A DNA stretch of 64,000 bases from Balanoglossus misakiensis (taxonomy: Eukaryota > Animalia > Hemichordata). The notes beneath the pieces were generated by a model that made no database searches, was not told where the DNA came from, and saw only the letters and a list, made by a program, of their open reading frames with translations. Positions 49,575 through 62,990 of this stretch are shown here, piece by piece. Within the stretch, counting starts at the first letter, position 1. Each line of letters starts with the position of its first letter. The position numbers and the translations under genes are program-made. The DNA is taken from assembly GCA_040954595.2 (NCBI GenBank), contig CM082592.2, positions 11,813,912 to 11,877,911 of the forward strand. Direction: 5' to 3'.

Positions 49575-51769
49575 TTAGTCTCTGCCAAACAAGTGTGTTT
49601 TCTCTGGTGCATCAATTCTATAAATGTATTCAGCAGGGACAAAGTAGCCTCTGTATTCGACTTCCTCTGGAGTGACATCATAGTGATAATGGCCGCCATC
49701 GCCATGGTGACTAAAACAATGAGAGTGTTCCACTCTTAAGTCCAGCCCCTGAAGGAAATCAGAAAAAGTTGCATTTAAATGAGCTTACTGGTGGTTGTTC
49801 ACAAATAATGTATTACCAACTTCTATGGCCGCAGTACATTTAAATGTTGTCACAGTATTGATTACATAAGACTGTGATATTCACTAATTTACTGTTTCAT
49901 ACATTGCTCCACTTACCGGGTCATGGGAAATGAATGTGCTAAGAGCCACTAATACTGCCTTCATGTTGTAGAATTTCAACCATTCATTAACGTCAGCCTC
50001 AGACTGAATTGGTTTTGTTGAAAAATCTGGCTATAAATGATAAGAAGTGATACTGTCAAATTAAACCTGGGAACCATATCATGTTAACTGGAATACAAAA
50101 TGGTATAATGAATATGTGACATACATGTTGCTAGTGGTAGCTGTATACTTACCATGACATGAATTTTGGCTTTGCCCTTCTCAATGAGAAACACGCCACC
50201 AAATCCTACTGGCTTTTCCCCATACTTCTCTTTCAGTGTTTTCCGCATACACGTAACAAAATTTTCAGGACCTGTTCGTTTACTGGCTTTGACTTCAATA
50301 ACCTGCAACATAGATACAGTTGTGGGTTAAATCACTAGGTGCATTGCATACCCAGCTTGTTGGCCGTGTGTGGACACTTCCCCAAAGTTGACCTGTCCTT
50401 TGGGGTCTGGTTTCGGGTTTTGTTGTATTTATTTACACTGATGTGTCTTACCTTCCCTGGTTTTCCTTCACTTGCATATAAATTTCCAAGTATACAGAAA
50501 TCTGCAGATCTCCCTTTCTCAAGAATGTACGATTCATGATCTTCTGTATTAATTTTGCATGTATATGTGCTGTTTTCACCATCAACTTTAATATTGGCCA
50601 TCATCTGTAACAGTTTGAAAATATGATTTTAGACAAAGTTCCTGGCTAGTTTGAGTCAACTTTTAATATTGGCAACCTGACAGCTATATTCCATCATATT
50701 GCAGAGGAACACAGGTAGTGTCCTTTTGACCAAGGTTAAGTTATTTTTGATCACAAAGGAAGCCAGTTGATAGCTTCTACAAAACGAACAATCCTACACT
50801 AAAGTAAAAAGATAGTGGCCCTTCCATTTAACTGACCTCATTGTTAACTCCAATAACATGGTAAGGTCCAGCTCCTGCACCAATGATGAATGCACCTGGT
50901 AAATCTACTTGCTCTGATATCTTTGCAAAATTATATATCTGTGGAGAGAGAGAAAGAGAGAGAGATAAGAAACCTTTCATTCCTCTGCTTGTTGCAAACA
51001 TGATGATAACACTTTCCATTTTAAAGAGATCATCCCCAGGTTCATTTCAGGTATTGTTGCACAAAGTTAAGCTGTTATTTTTTTAAAATGAGAATAATCC
51101 TAGATTGCCTTGTCTTTCTGTGGTACAGGCATAAGATATGGTACCCCACCAACATCTGCTAAACGTGGACTTCCACATATACCTGCAATAAAAAGATCAA
51201 AGTCCACATGTTACTGTTTGGCATTGAAAACTATTTATTACTGATAGTCCTGTTTGTATTCTTGGAAGAAAAATGTTCCTTTCACCCCCCCCCCCAGTTA
51301 CCTCTATAGAGATCCAACTTAACCACATAAAACAATACATTTGGGCCAAACCACAGTAGTGAAAGGGTTAAACACATTACCTGGTGCAGCCAGTGTGAAA
51401 GGCGGCTGGGTCAGGTCTGGGCAATCTACCACACCAACGCTCACATTGGCAAAATTACTCTCTAAGCCTTGCTGCAGAACTGTAAGAAAAATCAAAACAG
51501 TCAACATTATTCTAAGACATGACCATAGCCACATGGTGGTACATGTACAGGTGCTACATGTTTCATGTACCATGATGATTCTTTATTGAATAGGCAAGTT
51601 ATAAATACATCCATTGCAATGCATCAGGGGCCTGTGCCCCCCCCCCGCCCCTAGATACATACCCCCCCCCACCTTGTTCCACTGTGCCCCGCCACTATAT
51701 CCTCCTCTTACCTGACGTCACCTCGTTGTAATCCGGGATGTATAGTTCCTTATTCTGAACTTTCGCCAT
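49575..51769 (-). CDS. C11orf54: Ester hydrolase C11orf54/PTD012 homolog (Zn-binding), 8 coding exons, about 307 aa
   Basis: Exons 51769-51712, 51479-51381, 51182-51109, 50938-50837, 50604-50452, 50302-50153, 50030-49917, 49748-49575. Motifs VVDCPDLTQPPF, GICGSPRLADVGGVPYL, GAFIIGAGAGP, GNLYASEGKPGKVIEVKA, GGVFLIEKGKAKIHVMPDFS, DPGLDLRVEHSHCFSHHGDGGHYHYD and the C-terminal GRD. Confidence 0.95.
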
Positions 51770-52238
51770 GACTGCCACCGTGTCTCTTTCTTCGCCGTGT
51801 AACTGAACAAATATCACGCGTGGAACAGCGATCGCGTTTACAATTCAAGGGGGTGCCCCTCTCGATACTATTCTTCATTTTTCGAAATGTTTTTATAAAA
51901 ATATGTTGCTCTTTGCTGTCAATATTTCTGTTTAAAGTACAATCGTAATTGTGTTGATGATGTTTAAGGATTCTTTAAATAGCTGTTAATGCCGTGATCA
52001 CTCGAAAACTATAGTTTACAGTGTTACCCCGGGCAACACATTGACCCTTGACCTGTATCAGCTGTTCCGTATCGTATCCGCATAGCAAAGCCGGTCAGGA
52101 TCACGAGTATGACCATGACCAGGGAACATGTGATCACAATATAGACAACGTGCAACAGAGAAACGTATGTTGGTAAACTGAATTCTGGCTTTAAGAGGAA
52201 CAACTCTGAAAGATACCAACGCCGATCAAGCCGTAACT
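51770..52238. promoter_or_regulatory. Putative bidirectional promoter between C11orf54 and the tRNase Z gene
   Basis: Divergent ATGs about 470 bp apart. Contains an RFX X-box match GTTACC-CCG-GGCAAC (52023-52037) and TGACCCTTGACCT nuclear-receptor-like half-sites (52042-52054). Confidence 0.65.
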
Positions 52239-53665
52239 ATGGAAATAGGAACATTCAAAGTATATGACTGGTCCATAGCTGGTACGGAAACGTGTGTTGT
52301 GGTCATCGCTGAGGGTCTGAAGATTGCTTTTGACATTGGTTATAGTACTGGTCATTCGATCAGATGTGACCATGTGTTTGTGAGGTATGTACATTTGTTT
52401 ATCTCAGTAGATGACTTTTGTACACAGCCATTCCTTCATTTATTCATTCGTTCATTCATTCATTGTGTGCGCATTTTGAAGGTGTTTAAAGTATTAATAC
52501 GTGTGTCTGATCTGTTTGTGATGTCTTCTTTCAGTCATGGTCACATGGACCATGTGTCTGGTTTACTGCAGCACTCGGCAAAGAGACTGCTGAATTGTAT
52601 GAAACCAGCTAAGTACTATGTCCCTCCATTGATAAAGCCATGCCTTCTGACAGCTGCACAGATGTTTGCAAAGATGGATGGGAAGGAAGCCCTCACTAGT
52701 ACTCGCATAGAAGAGGCTGAACCTGGAAATACTGTACATGTAAGTACACATGTATACGGTAGCTTCTGTTCAGTGAAAGTAATCCACCAACATGGGGTTC
52801 TTGGAGACTTTTTGAGACTTTGCCAAAGATGGTAAGCACGTATTTTAGAAATGTGTGTACTGCATCTCACCAACAAGATTTTCTCTTGCCCATCACAGTT
52901 ACCTCAGGGATATTTTGTAACCCCATTCAAAACCATACACAAGGTGCCAAGCCAAGGTTACACATTGTGGAAAAGGAAGTCAAAACTCAAGGAAGAATTC
53001 AAAGGCCGGGAACCAAGAGACATTGCCAAGCTGAAGCAGTCTGGTGTCGAAATCACGGACACTCAGGATATTCCAGAAATTGCATTTACAGGTACAGTCA
53101 GTTTGGTCTTGGGGGTGATAGTTTTGACACTATTTATACAATTTTGGGCAATCGTTTTGCTGGATCACAGATAAAAGACGGCTTTAATCAATTTCTTTTT
53201 TTTGTCTGTGGACTGAATTCCATTATTCCAACATCAGTAGTTTGTGTTTGCCCTATTAAGCAGCACCGGATCAATGTGTAGTAGACATCTGGTACTAATA
53301 AAAATACTGTATGGTTCATTTCAGGTGACACAACATTTGAATGCTTCCAGCTTGAAGGGAATGAAGATATTCTGAAAGTAAAGCTGCTGATTATGGAAGT
53401 GACCTACTTGGACGATGAGACCACCTTAGAGAAAACTAGAGACAGAGGTCACATCCACCTTAATGAAATTGTAGAAAATGCAGAACTCTTTTGCGACGTG
53501 GAGTCCATTCTCATGATACACTTTTCTTTTAAATATTCATCTCATGAAATTGAAGAGTTGGTGAAATCGAAACTACCCGACTCACTTCGAGGAAAGGTTC
53601 ATTTGGGACTGACGGCTCACAATCACTATGGGCTGAAAAATCTGGAAACTGACATGCATAAGTAA
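52239..53665 (+). CDS. Short-form tRNase Z of the TM (Thermotoga/plant TRZ1-TRZ2) type, metallo-beta-lactamase fold, 4 exons, about 294 aa
   Basis: Exons 52239-52384, 52535-52739, 52899-53091, 53325-53665. Motifs WSIAGTETC, FDIG, SHGHMDH (HxHxDH), FKTIHKVPSQGY, KLKEEF (KL motif), IAFTGDT, MEVT (xExT), GHIH (HxH) and IHFS. Confidence 0.88.
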
Positions 53666-54289
53666 TTCTACTGTCTCAAATCATATTTCATGATTGGTTT
53701 CCTGTGCTTCCCACGGGCTTGTTTGATCTGTTAGTAAATTTATAAATTGAACATAATAAACCATCATTGTTTAATTCTATTGAATGTTTCATTTTGATTG
53801 AGACACTCTTCATCTTGTATCAATAAAGGCAAGAAAGAATCTTATCACCATCATTGACCTTGCAACGAAAGGGGGAAGCCATTTTGAATCTCCCGGGTTT
53901 AGCGCCCTCAGGCGAAAGGTCAAATAAACTTGGAGACAGACTCTCTACTGAAAATCCGAGGAGCTCAAGTTCTTCCGCCAATTAGAAGCTGATTGGTTAA
54001 TCCAGTTTCGTCCACTCGTGTTTCACCTTTTATTATAAATATTAATTATAAAATGAAAACTGGCACTCTTTTTGGATATAGTTGATAACGGTTAGGTGTG
54101 GAATTAAAATTCCCACGGTACTATATTTTGACACGAGTTGTAATACCAGCAAATGCGTTGTTAGGCCCACCTGTTGCCTTACACTGCAGTGAACAACATT
54201 TTTGTATGGTTTCCGTGTTAGGTTCCCGACTTTGTTATTTACCGCGTCTATACCGACCATTTTAATGTGAAGGCATTCAAACGAATAAT

Positions 54290-57200
54290 ATGGATAACCG
54301 AACAAGTACCAAAAAGAAAAATTCAACGGTCGTCGGTAGTGGAGACACGGTGAAGAAATCGGGCAAGAAGAGGCGGAAATCGAAGCAAAAGATAAAATCG
54401 ACAGATGGTCCGACGCAGAAGAAAAGTTCGTCGAAATCGAGCTCGCCTGCAGAAAACCAATCCGATAGTGCTAATGAAACAGGTATGTATGTGCCCTCAC
54501 GTAATCAAGCTTTGAATTTCAGTGCAAGTCGGTCGCGTTCTTTTGTAACCACACTACAATTGTCACTATGCTACATGACCTGTCTGATACAATGTAAATT
54601 GCAGCGCGTTTTAGTTAGAAACATACATTGGCGCTCACACACCAGTAGAGTTCAGACATCACGATATCGATCGATCACCGCAAATAAACTCTGTCGTTTT
54701 GCCCAAACAAAATGTGTTTAAATCCGTCGAATTATCCATCAAACATTCACCAACCATTAGCCAACATTAGATTATATCTGTGATATGTCAATTTCCCCTG
54801 TTATTGAGTTAAAAGTTTTTGCCCTTTTCATGTCACTCGCGTTTAGGACTTCACCAGAGTGACTCACTATTTGTGAAGGGGTTGGCCGTGACAAGCGAGC
54901 AAAATATGAATTTCTAAAGCAACAACTAACACATTCAATATTTTGTCTTTAATTTCAACATGTTGAACCAGTTTAACTTCTTGACCAATAGCAGACCCTA
55001 CTTGCTTGACAATTTTCTATGACATTGTGTTGACTGGAAACAATGGAAATGTACAATGGCACTGTTTGTAGTTGTAAACAAGTGTGAGCAGGTCGCTTAT
55101 CACGCCTGTTAATTCTCCTTTGGTGTCAAAAGATCTTCATAAATAACTGGGTGTCTATCCACACCTCCTAAATCCCTACATTATTATGCTAAGAATATTG
55201 GACTGAAAAGATCAGTGAAAGTATATGTCTAACATGCTGTTTACATATTGGTTGACATGAAATTGTCTATCTCCCCAAAATCATTGTTTAACACATATTG
55301 CAAGTGCCATTTCAAATTGAAAGAAACTTTTCACCCATTTTGACTCAATTAAATCTCTGGGGCATAGTCAGCCAGTGTCAAACAAGTTGTGGCACATCTG
55401 TCATTTGTATTGTAAGCTACTAATAGTCTCATAGCATAGAAACTCCTCAAAAGAATTTGATGCATTACAGACTACTTAGTAGTCTTCTCGTGTAATGTCT
55501 GGTCAAAATACCTTCTCTGCAGGGACATATTTTTCATTCTGTGGGCTTATGAATGGCGTAGAGTGGTTTGTGGTATTTGTCTGGGTCCAATAGCAGAAGT
55601 AATGTTGAAATAGGCAACATAGTGTCAGTAAGGTACCATGGTAACGGTATAACAGTGTTCATAAGGAAGTTCTAACTGCATCATGAGTGAATGACTTGTC
55701 GTATTTTGTGACTTTCTGTTTCAAGATAAAAGTTGCTTGTGCCAACAATGTACAGGAAAGCAATGGGTTCGTGGTTGCTAACCAGGTGATTGCTGACATT
55801 AGCTGAAGCAAATCTTACTTTGTTTAAATGCAAAGGGAGAAGGGACCAAAGACAGACTTCGTAAGCACTGTTTGAATTACACAAAGCTGAAACCAGTTAA
55901 GTTGTAATGTGTCTATTTAAACAAGAGCTCAATGTAATCTATCAATTGTCTGAAATCTGATAACAGACTGATTAAAGATGTAAATCTTCTTTAGCATTCA
56001 AAACACTTGTAAGCCTGAAACTGATATTCATCACTTGACTCTTCATATAGCTTTTTTCGTGCATTTTTTCATGGCGAATGAGCATGCGTTTCCTTGGAAT
56101 TTGACATCATATTATAAGGTTATGTCCAACCTTGAGAGAAACTGTGACAATTATTCACCATCCTGTACCATAAAACTTTATGTTGGGGATTTTCGTGCTT
56201 TATAAGAGGATTTATTGAAATATTGTACTTGATGAGTTTGATGTTGGTGAAAAGATTTTCTGAGCTGCAGATCTTCAGGAATTTGTTACAATGACCTGGA
56301 CCAGAACAATAGATTGTTTGAGTCATTAACACTTTAATTAATGACTTGGCCATCTCTGCCATGACACTGAGTGGTTAAATCTTCTCTTTAACTCAAAGGT
56401 GTGTCTTTTCAGCCTTTGGCTCTGACTGCGGTACTTGTGTGACTAATCGTGACTGTGAATAGGGTTTTACAGATCAGGCCATTGTATACCTTAAGGGTAA
56501 GGTTGAGTGGTTATTGCACAATAAAACATGCCACATTGTGAGAATGAGCCACAGTATTAATCATTATCGTCCAAAATGCAAATTCATCTTGCTCACTGAT
56601 GCACTCTTGCAAATGCGTAGGTATTGTCTACTGAAAAAACGCTCTTTATTTCCTACCCCTGAAACCCAATTCCTGGGGTAAAATTTAAACTTACTTGCAT
56701 GCGTTATTACTATAGCCGACAGTGGTATTTATTGATTTTTCAGCAGTTTGGCCTTTGTCTCTGGTCTGTTGGTTTTCACCTTCCTTTCCCCAACACAAGC
56801 CAGTGGTTTGGGGTCATCAACTGTATTGCCTGCATTGGTGCTGGTATAGAATTTCTTTGTAACAATGTTGGAATGAACCAGGACAGATGCATCAGATCCA
56901 AGAAATTCAATAACTTCAGCAATGCATCCTGTACACCTGCATGGGCGTATTTGATATGTGTGGAGTGACCGTGTTGATATAGAGATTGATTTATCATTTT
57001 ATAAGAAATAAGTTCAAACTCTTATCATGACTATCAACAGCTTATACTGTTGATATTTTATTCATCAAGTCAGTAACCAAATTTTTGCTGTTCATAGTTA
57101 CCACTGCCACTTCTGTACCAGTGCAGAGTGATCTCTTTGGAATGTGACCAGTGTCCCCTCGGCCACTTGAGAATTAACCCTGAATAGACCCCGCATATTG

Positions 57201-59328
57201 AATGATGAATAATCTACTTCGTCAAATAAAACCTTCAGGGTGATAGATCATAGCTTGCGGTGATAAACTTGTTCAAAGTCATGAATCAACTCAGTTTTAA
57301 AATTAATTTTACATCATAAAATGAAAAATATATTGGTTAATTTGGTTTTTATTTCAAAGTATATGCATACCACGGAGTGTACATCAATGCATTCTGTTGA
57401 TCAAGTTTGTTCTGATTGTAGAGGGTGTTGTATGTTTGAGAGAAAGATTCATTGGATGATGATGCATGGTAGCGAAGAACATGATTGCCCAAGCATTGCA
57501 ATATACTCACTCATTGTGTTGATCTGAGAAACCGCCTGAAAAATTTATTTCAAGCTAGGGAACGTGATAAATAATTTGTTGGTATAGCCACTGAAACCGT
57601 TGTACAACATCGATTGGCATATGAAATATGCATGTGTTTGTTGCTAAGGGTTCCTTAGTGGTAAAAGATGTACAAACTCTCAATTTTGAGTCATCTGTCA
57701 CCAAAAGCTAACGTTTACACAGATTATGCTTTCATGTATGATTTAGACTTCTTTAATATTTTCCTGTCTCTGTAGGCTAGACATTTTTAAGTTTATATTA
57801 ATTTTGGAAGGTGTCAGTTGCTCAACTTAAACAATTTCAATATGTAACATATTGATAATGTTTCAATAGACACATCTTGGATATTATGCTGTTTTTGTGA
57901 GTTTAAGAATGATTGTGCAATAATCCAGTGATTTACTGTGACCTGTAAGGTAGTAAACTCCTCATATTACTGAAAATGTTCTTTATTCGCTCCTTGCTGT
58001 TTGTGCAGTGTTGGGTCATTAAAATTAATTGGCGTATGTTTTGTTTGCATTTCTTTGGAATGAGATACGCAGCGTTCACTTCTGGTGAGTTTAGGAAGGC
58101 AATAGCTTTTTTATCCATTGGATATTTATACTGAAATAACTGAAACACAATGCAGGTTAATCCCATAAGAGAACAAAAGTCTCCACGGGCAACGTGTGCT
58201 TTATCCATTGTGGTGGACAGGGTTTTGTGTTACGTCAGGGTGTGCTACCCTAAATGTACACGCACAGTCCAGTCGTACACAGACTACCTTTGTGGAGTGA
58301 ACCCGAGCTGTGCAAACGATAGCCCCTCCTTTTTTTATCAAATGGCTTGCCTTGGTTACAATCTCAGTGTGGCTTGGTCATGGCAGGCTGCGATGGTTCG
58401 AAACGAGGCACTGGCAAAAAAGTCTCTGCTATGAGGATCCCGCTGGGTGCACCGCTTAGGACGGGACGATGTAAGCAATATTGATCAGTCTTTTAACAGT
58501 TGCTGGTGTGGCTTCTTTTGTTTGTGAGAACGCTTCTGACAGACAAAAGTGACTCGGTGTTGAGACATACAGTCTCAGTCTGTTGTGAAGATGTCACCTA
58601 ACAGTGGGTGTGGATGTCCTACTTTATGTCTAGTTCTGCATATAACTGAACAAGTTTGTACTCCGAAAAGTTGTACAAAAATCCCCATGCAATACTAGTT
58701 CGAAGGGATGCACTGGGAAGTTTAAAGTAAATATAATGATGTAAATATATGATGATATAATAGTACATCCTACACATATGCTTACTTTGGAGACACTCAT
58801 AGACAGTAACAAGAATACTCACATTGTATCTTCTCCGTTTATTCGCCAGCTGGGAAAAGATCAAAAGATTTAGCACCGATCATTTCTGGTCATGGAATCA
58901 CTCTGGGATCCCGGGACACATTTAGCAGTTCCTTGACCAGTCCTGTGGTGGTGGACGGCCGGAGCAGCAGCGGAAGTAGTGTGGAAAACAAAGGACCGTC
59001 ATCGTTAACGGTCATTCCAAAACTGAACTCTCAATCACAGTTGCAATCAAGGACCGAGACGTCAAGTCACAATGCCAAAAATGCATTGAAAAGCTCCCCT
59101 TCCAATCACAGCATTATAGGCGATCTCAGCGAAATGAATTTAAAAGTGGACGAGAGCCTGCGATGGGACAATGCTCTGGAAGACACAGCGCAAGAGCGCG
59201 AGAGAATACGTGAGTACAAGATCAACAGGCGGAAACGATATCTGGCAGCCGCCGTCAGAGACAGGGGAGATGTTGGACATTTCACAGAGAAGGACGTTTA
59301 TGAAGATGAGAGATGTTCACCCAGGTAG
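54290..59328 (+). CDS. LIAT1: LIAT1 (C17orf97)-domain protein, 2 coding exons, about 223 aa
   Basis: Exon 1 54290-54482 (Lys-rich KKSGKKRRKSKQK; donor CAG|gtatgt, phase 1). Exon 2 58850-59328 (acceptor cgccag, phase 1). Low-complexity Ser-rich protein with ESLRWDNALEDTAQERERIREYKINRRKRY, which I recognise as the Liat1 domain. Confidence 0.82.
58380..58470 (+). CDS. Candidate alternative first coding exon of the LIAT1-like gene
   Basis: gtcATGG start, MAGCDGSKRGTGKKVSAMRIPLGAPLRTGR, then T|gtaagc. 91 nt gives phase 1, in frame with exon 58850; locally GC-richer than the surrounding intron. Confidence 0.5.
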
Positions 59329-62300
59329 ACCAAAAGTGGTGGATATCATCAATGCAACTTGTACTCTATACTATGAAAGATTTACAATTTACAGATCTAT
59401 CCGTCTGCTGTTTTTTCTATGTATTTGTTACTATCAGGAATATGGACGAACATATCAAAGTAGCGTGATAAGTTTGACTTGCTGTGGTGTCACTAATAGC
59501 TATTTACAGGTGACACAACATTATTGTACTTTGGAGTGACAGAAGTTAACCTTTTGAACCAGCCTCCTGCGAAAAGATTCTGTCTCTCCGTGCGAAACAA
59601 TGGGGAAATGGATAGAGTTAAACGTGTCCTGTCAGATAACAGTACTCCATCAATCAAGTGATAAGCTACTGCCTTGCCAATTCTGTCTGTCCCACTCTTC
59701 AGTGGACATGTATTTAATTGACTGATGAGTTACTTTTGTAGACAAGGGCTGGTAGCTAGGAGTTTGCCTTTGAATGGTCAAGGAATGATCAAACTTCAAA
59801 TGCCAGTCTGCCTCTATCACAGACCTTCAAGTGCCTTGCTACAATCTGCATGCATCGTGGACATATACCTATTTCATGATCCTTGCAATGCATGGTGTTC
59901 CTATCAGCAGTGGATAGTGCTTTAAAACGAACTGTGTTGATTGAATTAACAGTAGAAAGAATTGTTTGTAGATTAACAATAGAAGCTTTTTCATTCAAGA
60001 AATATAAGTTGACAAATTAGATTATATGAGATGGTAATTTAATTACTACAGTTCCTTATTTCATGATTGGTCTATTATTTCATTGTCCAAGTTGCAGTCA
60101 GAGTGGTACATTCTTGCTCAAAATCCTTTTGAAGGAATATCTATTTCCTGTCTGGCATTGCAATGGCACAGATGAACTTTGACAGTACTTCTACTTAGTA
60201 CCCGGTATGTGGACAGTGATTTTAATAATGATGTGCCAAAATTTGTTATCAAACCCTACCTGGCTGTCAGTCATTGAAATGTTAGGTTCGGTCACCATGC
60301 ATGTATTGTGAAGTCTGGCTTTTGACCGATTCACCCTAAGGTCACTTTGAGTCACGACACAATCAGTGGCGAAATATTTCCGCACCGGAGCGTGCCAACA
60401 GATACCAGCATTTCAAACTCCTAAGTTTACTTTGGAAAGAACTTGAAATGGATGTCCCTATTGGCTTTTTTTGTGAAGTAAGATTTACCTGTTCATGTGA
60501 AAAGAAAGGTTTTGTTTGTGGAAGGTTTTGATAGAATGATTTCAACAGCTGCTGTATATTGCTTTGACTGCATGTACTTTGATAATAAGGAAAACGGACC
60601 TGTCTTCCTTTTGCAAATTTTGTGCCAAATGTATAGCCTGGTGGTCAAAGAGAGCAACTGTCTTAAAGACATGCATTACATTTTTGACATTGTAAATAAC
60701 TTTTCTTGATGTGCCACCATTGATTTACATATTTTTGTATTGGCAGTGAAAACCAACAGTTTTTTTTTCTTGTCTGGAATCGAGGCAGCATTTCTGCCAT
60801 CATATTGTCAGTGAAGTCATCCAGATTTTTAAAGGCTGTGTGTTTCATTTTGTGGACATTATACAACGTCTGGCCTCAGGCTGTGTTGCCATGACAATCA
60901 GCATAACAATCCCTGATCGTTTACACAGCACCTCAAACATGATATATTAATGTGAAATACAATCATGTAACACTTCTGATCAGATTCTCTGCATGGAAAC
61001 TTTGACGCAGGCAGTAAATAGGGCTTAGAACAGAGGGTGTCAGTTTTCATCTGCCAAGTTGTCAAAATCACCAGAGTCAATTAGAATGAACCGACCCAAC
61101 CTAGTCGTGAACAAACACTCTTGATAATGTGCCACATTATTGTAATTTAGTCTCCTTTTGGTAACTTACTCCACAAAGGGTAACGAAAGACAGCGGATGT
61201 TTCCATTTTGTACCCGCATAAAGTACTCGACTGTTTACCAGGAACAGCACAGATTGTCAGAAAAAATTCCAGCCACACATGCATCTTCACACATCCTTTT
61301 GAAGTGCCAAATACTACATGCATACACCCAAATTGAAAAATAGAAAGGCCTGTTAGCAACATTTAACCAAAGGCAGCTTCAAGAATTGTATTTCTGTGAA
61401 TAACTTTCTGTGGAGATATGAGGAATCTCTCTTTTCATCAGGTCTTGATATTTCACAATGTGTACATTGTAAAAGTAGGTTTTTGTGTATGTTTTATTTA
61501 TAAGCTGTTACATTTGCAAACATGTTTTTGACGTTTGAAAGCTAACATTGTTAGCTCAGTCAACTCAGTTTGTAGTAACTTGACCTTGAAGGGCAGCTTT
61601 TCACTGTCAATTTGTGAATAAAAATGTTTTTTTTTTCAAAGACTAAAATGTCACCTGTTCTTTCTTATGCCATATGGGAACTCTACATGCCAAACACTTG
61701 CACCATGCATGTGTTTTCCCGACTTGGAAGTTTTATCTGCCATATTGCTTGGCTAACTCATAGAACCACTTGCCCAACAATGCATAGGAACCTTCCTAAA
61801 CCTCAACAAATCTTGCAGGACTTCATATGCTTACAAACATTGGTTCATGATTATTTTAGTTGTAGAAGCTGAAGTTTATGGTGTCTGGCGTAGCGTGCTT
61901 ATTCAATAAATAAAAGTCACGTTCTTCAGTGTGGCGTGGCGAGGTAATAGAGAAAGACAAAGTAAATATTAAATGGGCTGTAGAGGGCGCCATCATGATA
62001 TCGAACATGACTGAAGAACTTTATGACGTCACCCAATGTTCCAAAAACTGAATATTCTTTGAACATTGAATATGTCGAATGGGAAAAAACTACGGACCGC
62101 CGTTTTTTGAAGTGAAACTATAAGTTATACTCCGTTGGAAAATCCTGCAGCTTTGCGATCGGAACTGAATTCGACAGTGCACGACAAATCTCTTCAATTC
62201 TTCCAGGAAATCAAGAACAGCCTGGCCAAGGATTTACCTTGAATATATGGCATCTCAGGATACGGATAAACTCGTTACCGTGGCAACTGAAGGCATTAAG

Positions 62301-62990
62301 GAACAAACTGGAGTTCCTAGTTATAGCAGAAGGCCAGCCAGACGTTCAGGGCCGGTGGAACTAATACAAAGCCGTCGGAGTCAAATTTTTCTCGCCCTTG
62401 TGACTTGCTGTGCATCGTTTCCAGAAGACTTTGGCGATATTTATTACGAACACACAAACACAGTTAGAGAAGACAAGAAATCGACATATATAGGTTCAGA
62501 AAAACAAAGATTGACATGTAACAAAAGCAAGATATAGCCCCTGGATATATCCTTGACAGTGCTATGGCTGACGGTCAGTCCCGGCCTAATGTCATATCTT
62601 GATCCGTTGCCTTCTAGGGACTTTGTGATTCTGTGATTGTGGGGTTTGGAGAGATCACAAATAAAGGAGTTTCACTTCAGTTTCTTCCATTGGAACTTGA
62701 GCCATGCCATTTTTATTACTTGGATGGAGAGAAATGCTAAAACATAAAAGTAAATGCTACAATACCACAGATTTCATACTAAGGGATATTTAATTTAAAA
62801 AATCACAACCCAATTTTCCAGGGCCATGGGAGTTCAGGTAATCTACATGATACTGCTCATCCCATAGATTATTTTGTACAGATGTCTGAAACATGACCGC
62901 TCTGACAATAACATTCCAATAGTGTTCAATAGTAAAATAATCAAAAAAATTTAATATGGAAACTTGTAAAATAGTTATATCTGATGGGGA

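Noticed and set aside
50655-50676. Short intronic near-copy of the start of C11orf54 exon 5
   Set aside because: Only about 17 nt and with a 1-nt indel; too short to support an alternative exon.
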